A DNA stretch of 63,132 nt, counting the filler, from Octopus bimaculoides (taxonomy: Eukaryota): NCBI RefSeq assembly GCF_001194135.2. It is 7 parts of 6 records of this genome, joined end to end, with 100 filler letters (N's around TTAATTAATTAA, not from the genome) between each part and the next. Parts side by side here need not be neighbours in the genome. Positions count along the whole stretch, not along the records: positions 23,200 to 51,362 come from NC_068994.1; positions 51,463 to 54,737 come from NC_068986.1; positions 54,838 to 60,964 come from NC_069005.1; positions 61,065 to 63,132 come from NC_068989.1; 3 more parts are not named here. One strand, 5' to 3'. This document shows, one piece after another, positions 50,151 to 61,471 of this stretch. A program made the position numbers and the translations under genes. The notes under the pieces were generated by a model. The model worked only from the letters and a program-made list of their open reading frames with translations. It made no database searches and was not told where the DNA came from. The stretch's first letter is position 1; each line of letters begins with the position of its first letter.

Positions 50151-50904
50151 GCGTGTGTAGGTGTGTGTGTGAGTGAGTAAATGTGCCTTTGTTTGCTCTG
50201 TACGGATGTGGGAGAAGCTATTTTACTGTACAAAAATATTTTAGCAACCATATCGTGGCAGAACCATTCTAACCATTTAAAGATGTTAAACCATTTAAAG
50301 CTGTTAAATTTACTTTAAATTTTATTTATTTCACGCGACGTCAAAGTATTGGAGTTGTACATCAAATGGATTCAAATGCCCCTTCTGTCTCTAGGAAAAG
50401 TAAAAAATATTGATGCAATTACTTAATTCGTACAACTTAAACATGGAATTGTTATACTCTTGCCTTCATCTGAGGATGCATATTGTAAGAATACTTACTT
50501 TAACCACTTGATAAATCTTGTAACGTCCCCTTCTTGCCACTCCCAGTCATACGTCAACCTACCTTCACATAGGTAGCTTTCATGCACCTTCAAACTCTCT
50601 CACCTTTATGCTTAGTTTTTCCGCTTACTACCACCATAACTGTGCACCGTCCTTTTACATACAAGACAAAAATACTAGAACCTGTCGGAAAGAACAGCCA
50701 CAACTTCCACAGATCACACTCAACGTCTTTAAAAAAAGAAGACACATAAAATCTCCCATGTTAGTTCGTTTTATTAGCCGACTGTTTGTATGTATATATG
50801 TGTGTATGTATGTATGTATGTATGTATGTATGTATGTATGTATGTATGCATGTATGTATGNNNNNNNNNNNNNNNNNNNNNNNATATATATATATATATA
50901 TATA

Positions 50905-51325
50905 TATAATTATTATTATTTCTAATTCTCTGAACGAGAGACATTCAGTAATAGTACTCTGGAGTAAAGATTATTTGCCAACATAATGTGGCAGTCCTGG
51001 TTAGGACGAGTGTTACTACTATTTAGCCCCAGGAAACACCGTCTCCAGCTGACTATACAACACACTTTCTGCCTCCTTATATTTTCTCAGCTCAAACCAA
51101 CATCTGTGTACCAATGGTTTCTGGGTTATTTCTCTTCATCAGCTCAGAATAACTGCTCGGTTAGAGATGGCACCACTAAACTCTTGTTCGAAATATATAC
51201 TTGTCAAAATGACACACAGCCACTGATCTAATAAATAGAAAATTATTATTTCTAAATCTCTGAACGAGAGAAAACAGAAACAATCGTTCTAACCAGACTG
51301 CCACATTATGTTGACACATAGTCTT

Positions 51326-51331
<6 letters not shown>
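50905..51331 (-). mobile_element. Stand-alone copy of the hammerhead-bearing repeat with internal direct and inverted duplications (PLE pseudo-LTR-like)
   Basis: Homologous to 34380-34660. tatttctaa(a/t)tctctgaacgagag occurs at ~50911 and ~51247; 51291-51331 is an inverted copy of ~50962-51002. Confidence 0.7.
51103..51148 (-). ncRNA. Minimal type I hammerhead motif, variant stem III
   Basis: Minus strand TCTGAG-CTGATGA-AGAGAAATAACCCA-GAAA-CCATTGG-TA-CACAGA. Confidence 0.55.
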
Positions 51332-51362
<31 letters not shown>

Positions 51363-51462
51363 NNNNNNNNNNNNNNNNNNNNNNNNNNNNNNNNNNNNNN
51401 NNNNNNTTAATTAATTAANNNNNNNNNNNNNNNNNNNNNNNNNNNNNNNNNNNNNNNNNNNN

Positions 51463-51636
51463 GTGCGGGTGACACGTAAAAGCACCCACTACACTCTCTG
51501 AGTGGTTGGCGTTAGGAAGGGCATCCAGCTGTAGAAACTCTGCCAAATTAGATTGGAGCCTGGTGTTGCCATCCGGTTTCACCAGTCCTCAGTCAAATCG
51601 TCCAACCCATGCTAGCATGGAAAGCGGAAGTTAAAC

Positions 51637-51666
<30 letters not shown>
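51463..51666 (+). mobile_element. RTE-type 3' tail or RTE-associated SINE ending in (GAT)n
   Basis: ggcgttaggaagggcatccagctgtagaaac...ccaacccatgctagcatggaaagcggaagttaaacgatgatgatg; an inverted relative lies at ~54210-54350. Confidence 0.65.
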
Positions 51667-51668
<2 letters not shown>

Positions 51669-52335
51669 CACTTGCTTCAACAGGTCTTTGCAAGCAAAGT
51701 TTAGTGTCCAATGGAAGAAAGGTATGCATAAATAGGCTGGTTACACTGCTGGCATAGGCCACGGGTTATGGTCTCACATGGCTTGCTGGGTCTTCTCAAG
51801 CACAGTATATTTCCAAAGGTCTCGGTCACTAGTCATTGCCTTGGTGAGACCCAATGTTCGAAAGTCGTGCTTCACCACCTTATCCTAGGTCTTCCTGGGT
51901 CTACCTCATCAACAGATTCCCTCAACTGCTAGGGTATGACACTTTTGCACACAGCTGTCCTCATCTATTCGCACATGACCATACCAGCACAGACATCTCT
52001 TTTGCACACCACAACTGATGCTTCTTAGGTCCAACTTTTCCCTCAAGGAGCTTACACTCTGTCGTGTATGCACACTGACATTACACGTCCAGCAGAGCAT
52101 ACTGGCTTCATTCCTTGCAAGCTTACGCATGTCCTCAGCAGTCACGGCCCATGTTTCACTGCCATGTAGCATGGCTGTTCGTACACAAGTCATACAGTCT
52201 ACCTTTTACTCTGAGCGAGAGGCAGCAGAGGTAAGAGCTCTCTGAACTTTGCTCAGGCTATTCTTAGTCTAGCAGCTACACTTTCAGAGCATCCACCCCT
52301 GCTACTAATTTGGTCACCTAGGTAACAGAAGCTGT
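51667..52335 (-). mobile_element. RTE-clade LINE 3' fragment
   Basis: FCYLGDQISS, TAMLHGSETWAV, EASMLCW, LCWYGHVRI and GRPRKT motifs on the minus strand. Confidence 0.85.
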
Positions 52336-52351
52336 CCTAAGGTATTTTTCG

Positions 52352-52361
52352 ATATTATTAT

Positions 52362-52392
<31 letters not shown>

Positions 52393-52456
52393 GTTCAGGT
52401 CACTGCCTGGAATCAAACTCGGAATCCTGGGGTTAGTAGCCTGCACTCTTAACCAC
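52352..52456 (-). mobile_element. SINE family D copy with (AAT)n tail
   Basis: Homologous to 15931-16008. Confidence 0.7.
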
Positions 52457-52561
52457 AGTCTTTAGCTCTGTCAGATATTGTCAAACCATCCAACCTGTGC
52501 CATCATGGGTCGGATGACTTGAAAGGATGAGGTTTTAATGATGACAGAAGTCTGGACTTAC

Positions 52562-52693
52562 CTGTATATAATGTTGCAATTCCATGGTCTTTACAACAGG
52601 ATTTTGGTAAAATAGTTTGGATACCAACATATGGAACCACGTTTCACAATAGTCTTTCATTTGGTGGAAAACTGTTTCTTCTCCACATAAAAT
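52562..52693 (-). CDS. NUP85: Internal coding exon of nucleoporin Nup85 (132 nt, phase 0/0)
   Basis: Minus strand: polypyrimidine tract plus CAG acceptor, then ILCGEETVFHQMKDYCETWFHMLVSKLFYQNPVVKTMELQHYIQ, then GTAAGT donor. It aligns by eye with the recalled human segment [44 protein letters not shown]. Confidence 0.8.
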
Positions 52694-52845
52694 CTGAAAA
52701 AGAAAAAAAAGAAAAGAAACCGAATAATCATAGATACCTACATTAATTAATTAAATAGATAGTCTAAATGGAAATTGATAATGTCAATAATGATGATCAT
52801 CATGATGACGGTGATGATGACAATGATGATGGTGACAAAAGGGGT

Positions 52846-53227
52846 TGTTGGCACTCCGTCGCTTACGACGTCGAGGGTTCCAGTTGATCCGATCAACGGA
52901 ACAGCCTGCTCGTGAAATTAACGTGCAAGTGGCTGAGCACTCCACAGACATGTGTACCCTTAACGTAGTTCTCAGGGATATTCAACGTGACACAGTGTGA
53001 CAAGGTTGACCCTTTGAATTACAGGCACAACAGAAACAGGAAGTAAGAGTGAGAGAAAGTTGTGGTGAAAGAATACAGCAGGGTTCACCACCATCCCCTG
53101 CCGGAGCCTCGTGGAGCTTTAGGTGTTTTCACTCAACAAACACTCACAACGCCCGATCTGGGAATCGAAACCGCGATCCTATGACCGTGAGTCCGCTGCT
53201 CTAACCACTGGGCCATTGCGCCTCCAC
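52846..53227 (-). mobile_element. Full-length SINE family C (tRNA head at right end)
   Basis: Minus strand GTGGAGGCGCAATGGCCCAGTGGTTAGAGC...GGTTTCGATTCC (A/B boxes). Confidence 0.85.
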
Positions 53228-53392
53228 TACAAAAGGGGTAACAGCAAAGATAATGAGTAGAAAGTTAAAGAGATGGGGCAACATTGGTTGTTTGGTTTCT
53301 TTTCTTCCCTTCCATCTCTTCATCTCTTCCTATTCCATTGGTTATTGTTATCTCGGCAGCAGCAGCAACAGGGTTAATGTGTCAAAGTGTCA

Positions 53393-53763
53393 TGGCACTC
53401 CACCGGTTACGACAACAAGGGTTCCAGTTGATCCGATCAACGGAACAGCCTGCTCATGAAATTAATGTGCAAGTGGCTGAGCACTCCACAGACACGTGTA
53501 CCCTTAACGTAGTTCTCGAGGATATTCAGCGTGACACAGAGTGTGACAAGGCTGGCCCCTTTGAATTACAGGTACAACAGAAACAGGAAGAAAGAGTAAG
53601 AGAAAGTTGCGGTGAAAGAGTACAACAGTAGTTGCTACTCGTCACCTTGCCAAAGCCTCATGGAGATTTAGGTGTTTTCGCTCAATAAACACTCTGGATT
53701 TCGAAACTGCAATCCTACGACTGCAAGTTCGCTGCCCTAACCACTGAGCCATTGCGCCTCCAC
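53393..53763 (-). mobile_element. Second SINE family C copy in tandem
   Basis: Collinear with 52846-53227. Confidence 0.85.
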
Positions 53764-54837
53764 TGTCGAAGTTTAGAACATCAATATATGTAGTGGTTTT
53801 CATTCTAAAGTTGGTAGGAAAGGACGTATGCTGAGAGAGATAAGACTAGCCAACAGAGGAAGCAGGTTGAAAAGTTCACAAATATTTGGTAGCATTATTG
53901 GAATTGTTGCTGTTGTTGTTGATAATGATGTTATTGCTTAGTCACAGTTCTGCATCCATGAAGCAGACCAATAATCAAAGAAAAGGTGGTGGTGTCACTC
54001 TTCCTGTTGACAAATCATCCACTTGCTTCATGCCTTCACAGACATGTAATATAATAAGAAATCCCTTACTTGAAAAAGCAGGGAAGGGTTAGCAACAGGA
54101 AATGCATCTGGCTGTAAAACAATGCATAAATACCATATACGTATAGGATATATGCTCCAGCATGACCACAGCCGTATGGCTGAAATGAGTAAAAGAGTAT
54201 ATATATCACCATTTAACGTCCCATTTTCCATGCTGGCATGGGTTGGACAGTTTGACAGGAACTAGCTAGGCAGAAGACTGCACCAGGCTTCATTGTCTGT
54301 TTTGGCAGATTTCTAACGGCTGGACACCCTTCCTAACACCAACCACCTTGCAGAGTACATATACACACAAACAAAACAGGCTTCTTTCAGTTTCCGTCTA
54401 CCAGATCCCGTAGCACCATAGAAGACACTTACCCAAGGTAGCACGTAGAGAGACTGGATGACCAAACCCAATGCAAAAGAATGTCTCTCAGAAATATGTG
54501 CCACAAGAATCGATGGGGAAAGGTCTTGCTTAAACAATTCCTACCCAAACTGGTATTGGAACTGAGTTCTGCCCAGAATCACAACAAATCATCATCATCA
54601 TGAGTCACAATAAAATAACATCATAAACAAAACAAAGAAGACAACAAAAGGGAAATTTACTTTAGCCATGTTTTCTAAATGTTCGTTAGCGATGAAATCT
54701 CCACTCTTCAAACGTCTGCTGCATTCGTCTCGCCAGTNNNNNNNNNNNNNNNNNNNNNNNNNNNNNNNNNNNNNNNNNNNNTTAATTAATTAANNNNNNN
54801 NNNNNNNNNNNNNNNNNNNNNNNNNNNNNNNNNNNNN

Positions 54838-54965
54838 TCATTCCCACTGCGTGGCACCTTGGGCAAGTGTCGTCTACTATAGCCTCGGGCCGACCAAAGC
54901 CTTGTGAGTGGATTTGGTAGACGGAAACCGAAAGAAGCCCGTCGTATATATGTATATATGTATGT
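54838..54965 (+). mobile_element. SINE family A fragment
   Basis: cccactgcgtggcaccttgggcaagtg...gaaagaagcccgtcg. Confidence 0.8.
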
Positions 54966-55756
54966 ATGTATGCATGTATGCATGTAAATGTATGTCTAGT
55001 GAAGTCGCGTGGCTTAGTGGTTAGGGTATACTTCACCGTGTCCCAACGAAATAACAGGCATTGTTGGTCAACTTTATTGGTTGTTAATAGTGACTGAACC
55101 AAAAATAAGGGATATAATGCCTGATCTTGCTTTGTCAGTAAGTGTTGTCTTGAGTCTCAGTACAGATAGAGAAGTTTAACTGTTTCCCATGGCGTTCAGT
55201 TGACCGAGATCAAAATAGTCTACCCGAAAGAGACGCCAGTTCATAGCAGGCTTACACACAACTGAGTGGCCTAGAAACATAAAATGAAGTGTTTCGTTCT
55301 AGAACACAATGCACAGCACGGACCGAGAACAGGAACGACAACCTTGCAATCGAGTGTGCAACTCCCAAACAACTGGGCCGGCTGTTTCTGTTCAATCAGA
55401 CTCATCTGAAAAAGCCATAACCCATACCGATCTGGGTACTTCGCACCATTATCCGGTGCTGGCGAAATAAAATCTTCCAGTATAACGAATGCAATGCATA
55501 CATACACTCTCTCACACACAAATATATATGCATGCATATATGTATATATATATATATATAATTTATATAAGGGCATTAACTATATAGTAATNNNNNNNNN
55601 NNNNNNNNNNNNNNNNNNNNNNNNNNNNNNNNNNNNNNNNNNNNNNNNNNNNNNNNNNNNNNNNNNNNNNNNNNNNNNNNNNNNNNNNNNNTCATTAAGA
55701 TAGAAGAAATACACATAATTATATATATATGTATATATATACACACACACTTATAT

Positions 55757-56600
55757 ATACAGGATGCGATGGGTAAATTGTGACCATTATATCTTTTAAT
55801 TTCGCGCATGCGCACTGTCTGTTTTGGATTTTGTCGACTACACAGTATTGTAGGGTTTGTTGGGCACCGTCTGTGAGAGAAACAGCACCATGACGCAATT
55901 CACTCTGCCAGAAATTTGGAAACGATATGCTGTACTGCTTTACATTTGCGCCAGAAGCTACAATACGAATAGCTGGTGAACACACAGAACAACCGTTGGC
56001 TTGCCGTGTCCCCAAATCAAGTACCGAGAGTGATAAAAATCAAACATCCAATCTACATCATGGTGTTTCGAGCGACCAGTAATAATGGCGATGTTATGCC
56101 TTCATTCATCTTCCCACACGGCCTCACACTCAACACGGAGGTATACATCAAGTACCTAAAGGGAGCAGTGCTGCCCTGGGCTAAGAGGGTGGCTACTGGA
56201 AGACTATGTCTGGCAACAGGATTCTGCACCATGCCATACAAGCAGACAATTTCTGCAACCACATCTGGCCACCTAACTCCCCAGACTGCAACCCCCTTGA
56301 TTATTATGTGTGGGGCACAGTTGAGCGAGAGATCAACAAAACTCCTTGTAACATCAAAGATGAACTGAAGGCAAGGATTATAGCAGCATTGCCCAACTTG
56401 AACAAGGAGACCGTTCAGAAGAGTCGCAGTAGATTCCGAAGTCGTCTGGAGTTCGTGATTGAAGCCAATGGCGATTTTATTGAATAAATTTACTCTTTCG
56501 TATTTCAAGATAGTTTTATGTAATTTTGGTAAATATATCTGTTAAAATGTGATGTCAGTGTTATTTTCATTTTTGCGTAATTTAGATGACAATATATTCA
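55757..56600 (+). mobile_element. DD37D (maT-type) Tc1/mariner element, internally deleted
   Basis: Starts TA-CAGGATGCGATGGGTAAATTG. MTQFTLPEIWKRYAVLL jumps to VNTQNNRWLA...IFPHGL, QQDSAPC, HIWPPNSPDCNPLDYYVWG and RFRSRLEFVIEANGDFIE*. Confidence 0.9.
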
Positions 56601-56609
56601 CTCGATATA

Positions 56610-56780
56610 TATATATGCGACGGGCATTTTCAGTTCCTGTCTACCATATCCACTCACAAGGCTTTGATCAGCCCAAGGCTATAGTAGAAAACACTTGCCC
56701 AATGTTCCATCCAGTGGGGCTGAACCTGGAACCATCTGATTGGGAAGCAAGATTCTTACCACACAACCACGCATGCGCTT
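56610..56780 (-). mobile_element. SINE family A, 5' part
   Basis: Reverse complement of the family head. Confidence 0.75.
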
Positions 56781-57392
56781 ATATATACATCTGAACTATT
56801 ACAAACTTTTCACATTCTGGACTATTTCTGATATATATTTGCATTTCTTTTCGAGGTATTATATAAGTATGAATATATTGTAAACTGATTTGATAATTGT
56901 TGACTGTCTGTTTTTGCCTTTGTTCTGTATTATATTTAAGTCACGGTATATGAATTCAAGTAATCTGGTAGTGCTCATGAAAAAAAAGCTCCTTAATGTA
57001 TCATTGCATAAATCATATAGAATATATAGTAATATACAAGAGAAAAGGCTAATGAGTATTTAAGGTGTATTTAACAAAGACTTTCTTTCACCTGACGACC
57101 TAGCTCAAATTCTGCATTATTTTGAATGAAATATTTGCATTTTGCATTAAGCAGACATTTAAGTAATTTATTTATCATTAAATATGATGATAATATGAAT
57201 TATTTGTATGTTTTTGAGTTACAAAACAATTTTTCGTGATATTAGGATTTTTCTTATAGTTAAATAAAAGTTCATCAAAACATTCCTCTGTCATTTATGA
57301 CTTTATATGCCTGTATGCAGGTATTAGACAGACAGGCAGGTAGACAGACAGGCAGACAGACAGACAGACAGACAGACAGGCAGGCAGGCAGG

Positions 57393-57446
<54 letters not shown>

Positions 57447-57709
57447 TACAGACAGATAGATAGAGGAAATGAAAGGGATTAAAATCTAAACGATGTCCTC
57501 ATGAAGCACGTCCGTGTATTCTGGTTATCAGTTGTATGTATGCAAATGTTTTATGCTTGAAGAGAAAACTATTTATAAAAGTTGAAATTCCTGATCAAGT
57601 ATATTACTCGCAGACGATATATATAATTAAAACGAAGACTAGAATATATGGTATTATTTTTTTTATTCTGTAGTTACAATTGCTTCAATACAACATGCAC
57701 TTCATACAT

Positions 57710-57739
<30 letters not shown>

Positions 57740-57743
<4 letters not shown>

Positions 57744-58290
57744 TCTGTGGAATCAGTATCGAAGATATCACCCGCATCATCAGCAACTGTCCAAAAATGT
57801 CATCCCGGTATTACCTACCTATGAGACATGATGTTGTGGCCAAGACACTGTACAATGAAATCCACCGACAGGATAACCCCGGGGCTAAGGAGATGAAAAC
57901 CCATAATGAGGTAGAGGCCATTACCACTTACAATATGAAAGAGTATTGGTGGAATGTCCCAATAAAAACCTCAATAAAGTGCAGACATAATAGACCGGAT
58001 ATAGTAATCTGGGACAGAGAAGAGAAACTGTGTACAGTAGTAGAAATCAGCTGTCCTGCGGATGTCAACATCACACTAAAGATTAGAGGAAAAGAGAACA
58101 ACTACACCGAGCTACTGAGAAATTGTTGGGGCATTGGGATATGTAACGAACTGCCTCAACAAAAACCTGGAAAAATTAGGGTTCTCAAAACCTGAAAGAA
58201 AAAGGCTGATTAGAAGACTACAGATTTAAGCCATCAATGGAACTGTAAAGATATGTAAAACTTTCCAAAAATTTAGCACATAGATACATA
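57740..58290 (+). mobile_element. R4/Dong-like LINE C-terminal fragment (CCHC remnant plus REL endonuclease)
   Basis: RLCGISIEDITRIISNCP, RHDVVAKTLY and HNRPDIVIWDREEKLCTVVEISCP. Confidence 0.85.
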
Positions 58291-58604
58291 TGCATGCATC
58301 TAGACATGAAAATATATACATAAAAACGCATCCATAAAACAAACATACAAATATGCGCATACACTAACACCAAATACTGCACACACACACACACACACAT
58401 ATGCACAAATACCTAGATGATGTTGATAAAAGTTCCAATGAAGGAGCCTTGAATCTATGTTAGAGTCCGGCTCTTTCTCTATTGATAAGAAATACAGAAA
58501 TGAAACTGATTGATAACATACATACATATATTATCTTTATTTTTATCTCAGGCTTTATTAGAACTCTTAGAGTCTTGCATGGGTAGCAGCCTACAGCACC
58601 ATGC

Positions 58605-58775
58605 TATCTGTTCTTTTTAACTAATACTTTCCTGATTATTCTGCCCGTGCCAAGGAAGCAAACCTTTTGTAACAGTTCTACTGGACATTCTGTCCCGATT
58701 TCTTTTATATTCCTCTTGATGTCTTCTGATACTGTCTTCAAGGATCCAACAATAATTGGCACTATCTTCACATTA
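58605..58775 (-). mobile_element. R4/Dong-like LINE extreme C-terminus
   Basis: VKIVPIIVGSLKTV...LLQKVCFLGTGRIIRKVL. Confidence 0.7.
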
Positions 58776-58849
58776 TTATCAATTTTATTTTGTCTATTAT
58801 GAAATACTCTCGGATAGTTCTTAATTACCGATTATTCTTTACTTGAAAG

Positions 58850-59350
58850 CAGGCAATAACAAATCACCAAACGTTTCAAGTAGTGCCTTCTCCTGTGACT
58901 CAAAGAGACAATACTCTCCTTAGAATGCGATCTGTACCCAACAATGCTGCCTTCTGGATCACTTCGAGACTCACAGCAGCTCCAATATTCTTTAATATGT
59001 TTTTCAAAGCTCTTAGAAACTACTCCTAATGCTCCAATTACCATGGTATCACCATTACTTTCCTCATACTTTTCCTATCTCGTCCCGCAGTGGCTGGTAT
59101 TTCTCAATCTTTTCTGTTTCCTTACATTTCACCCTCGAATCGCCTGGTATTGCAGCATCTATTATCTTTGCTTCTTTTTCATCTTTATGGATGGACACGA
59201 TATCTGGCCGTCTCGCCTCTATGAATTGGTCGCATTGTATTTTAAAATCCCAGAGTATTTTGTAATGTTTGCTTTCTATTATTCCCTCTGGGTTGTGTTC
59301 ATACCATTGTTCGGCTCTCTCGAGGTTTGCTTTACCGCACGACAGCCAAC
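58850..59350 (-). mobile_element. R4/Dong-like LINE REL endonuclease fragment
   Basis: WYEHNPEGIIE...KILWDFKIQCD...RRPDIV...IIDAAIPGD...EKIEKYQPL, VIGALGVV and IQKAALLGTDRILRRVL. Confidence 0.88.
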
Positions 59351-59384
59351 AACAATAATAATAATAATAATGATAATAATAATA

Positions 59385-59466
<82 letters not shown>
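59350..59466. repeat. (AAT/TTA)n microsatellite
   Basis: Direct reading. Confidence 0.95.
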
Positions 59467-59467
<1 letters not shown>

Positions 59468-59685
59468 GGCGGTGAGCTGGCAGGATCGTCAGCACGCCGG
59501 GCAAAATGCTTAGCTGTACTTCGTCTGCCACTACGTTCTGAGTTCAAATTCCGCCGAAGTCGACTTTACCTGCCATCCTTTCGAGGTCAATAAATTAAGT
59601 ACCATTGGAATACTAGGGTCAATGTAATCAACTAGTCCCTTCCCCATAAATTTGAGTCTTTGTGCCTCCAGTAGAAAGGATTATT
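59467..59685 (+). mobile_element. Full-length SINE family B
   Basis: ggcggtgagctggcaggatcg...ttctgagttcaaattccgccgaagtcgac...gtagaaaggattatt. Confidence 0.85.
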
Positions 59686-59831
59686 ATTATCGTTGTTACT
59701 GTTGTTATTTCGCTTAGGCATAGTGATTCTATTAACCTGGTGTTGGAACTCAACACACATATGCTTTAGAACAAAGCGTCAGTCGGGTACAGAGCAGTAA
59801 TAAGAAATTAAATGACAAAAGAATAAGAAAG

Positions 59832-60031
59832 TATGTCATGAATTTCATTAACTTACAGTTGTTTCTGCTATAAAATATTATGCACTCATAGTAGAGCGCT
59901 TGTGCATTGCTTTATAGCTTCAAAAAAATTGCACTTCATTTTTGAAGCTCCGATGATGCACAAGCGCTCTATTATGAGTGAATGGCATTTTATAGCAGAA
60001 AAAGCTGTAAGTTAATGAAATTCTTGACATA
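59832..60031. repeat. 200-bp palindrome with ~90-bp arms containing a hammerhead-like motif
   Basis: tatgtcatgaatttcattaacttacag...agcttcaaaaa is mirrored by tttttgaagct...ctgtaagttaatgaaattcttgacata. Confidence 0.9.
59946..60013 (+). ncRNA. Degenerate type I hammerhead motif (U4 to C)
   Basis: AGCT-CCGATGA-TGC...GCA-GAAA-AAGCTG-TA-AGTT. The mirror arm has CAACTG, implying a consensus CAGCTG palindromic stem III. Confidence 0.5.
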
Positions 60032-60664
60032 ATTATTTTCTCGCCATTTTGATTTCTGCTACCCTTCTTCAGATTGCACTATACTTGTCGCTGAAAACCG
60101 ACCAGAAATCTCTTGTAAATACTTAGAGTAACCTAACATTTCAAGTCATGTTTCCAAATTACACAGTTTAAAATTTGTGACTGGAAATCAACATCAACAA
60201 CAATATCCAATATCGGACATATGCTGGGTGACAGGCTATTTCATCTGCAAACATTTGTGAACCCTGAAACACAACAAAAGAAAACCAACGTTTCATAGAA
60301 ACAATCTCATGATCTGAATTTCACTAACCTAAACTGATACACCTGAGTAGGTTTTTTCCAAAGTTGATTGACCAATAACACAACTGAATACTAGCACAAC
60401 TACCAACTAACAAACTCTTCCAACAATAACTTTCTACCAAACTCACACCCTACCCTCTTCGATCCCTCTATAGTTTTCCTTCCGTGACCTACATACAGCA
60501 AGCCTAATCATCATTTTACTTAGTCCGCCCACCCCAGAAAAAGAACTTCCCAAAGACTACATAAAGCTAAAAGGAAACAGACTGTAGTACATTCTGACGG
60601 AGACCAATAGACTGGAACTTCGAACTCACTACCATCCTTCTTGGTATAAAAGCCTAACAGCAAC

Positions 60665-60890
60665 AATCATAGTAATTCTTTCTAATATAGGCACAAAACC
60701 TGAAATTTTAGGGGAGGAAGCTAGTCGATTATATAAAATCATGTTTAACTAGTACTTAATTTATCAATCCCTAAAGGATGGAAGGGACCGTCGACCTCGT
60801 CGGAATTTGAACTCAGAACGTAAATACGGACGAAATACCTCGAAGCATTTCGCCCGGTGCGTGCTAACGATTCTGCCACCTCGTCGCTTA
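60665..60890 (-). mobile_element. Full-length SINE family B
   Basis: Reverse complement collinear with 59467-59685. Confidence 0.85.
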
Positions 60891-61471
60891 CTAATAATAA
60901 TGATAATGATAATAGTAATCCTTTCTACTGGAGGCACAAGGCCTCAAATTTGTGGGGAGGTGAGNNNNNNNNNNNNNNNNNNNNNNNNNNNNNNNNNNNN
61001 NNNNNNNNTTAATTAATTAANNNNNNNNNNNNNNNNNNNNNNNNNNNNNNNNNNNNNNNNNNNNGTAATGCACATCACCAACGAGCGAAAACCACGTAAA
61101 CAAACGAGAGATAAGTACAGGACAAAATACCAAAAAAAATTACACAATAAGAACAGGACCTCAACAGCAAGTGAAAAATACGTAAACACAACGAGAGATA
61201 AGTACGGGACAAAATACCAAAAGAAGTCTAACTGCTCCTCAGTTGTCGACTGTCTATTACTCCTTATTTTGAGCTTTTACCGACAAGATAGGAAAACTTC
61301 ATAAGACAACCCATAGCGCCTGGGAGAAATTTTGAAAGGATATAGAATAAACAGAAGAGAAGAAAATAGTAGAAGAGAAAAATGTTAGGCGGCGAGAGAA
61401 ATGATGTCCAACTATATATATATATAATGAGCGTTGTACTTCGTTTGAAGTATTGTAAGATCGGAGAATGT

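Noticed and set aside
60130-60263. Minus-strand exon candidate with a good acceptor (GSQMFADEIACHPAYVRYW...)
   Set aside because: The frame stops before a usable donor and does not align with NUP85.
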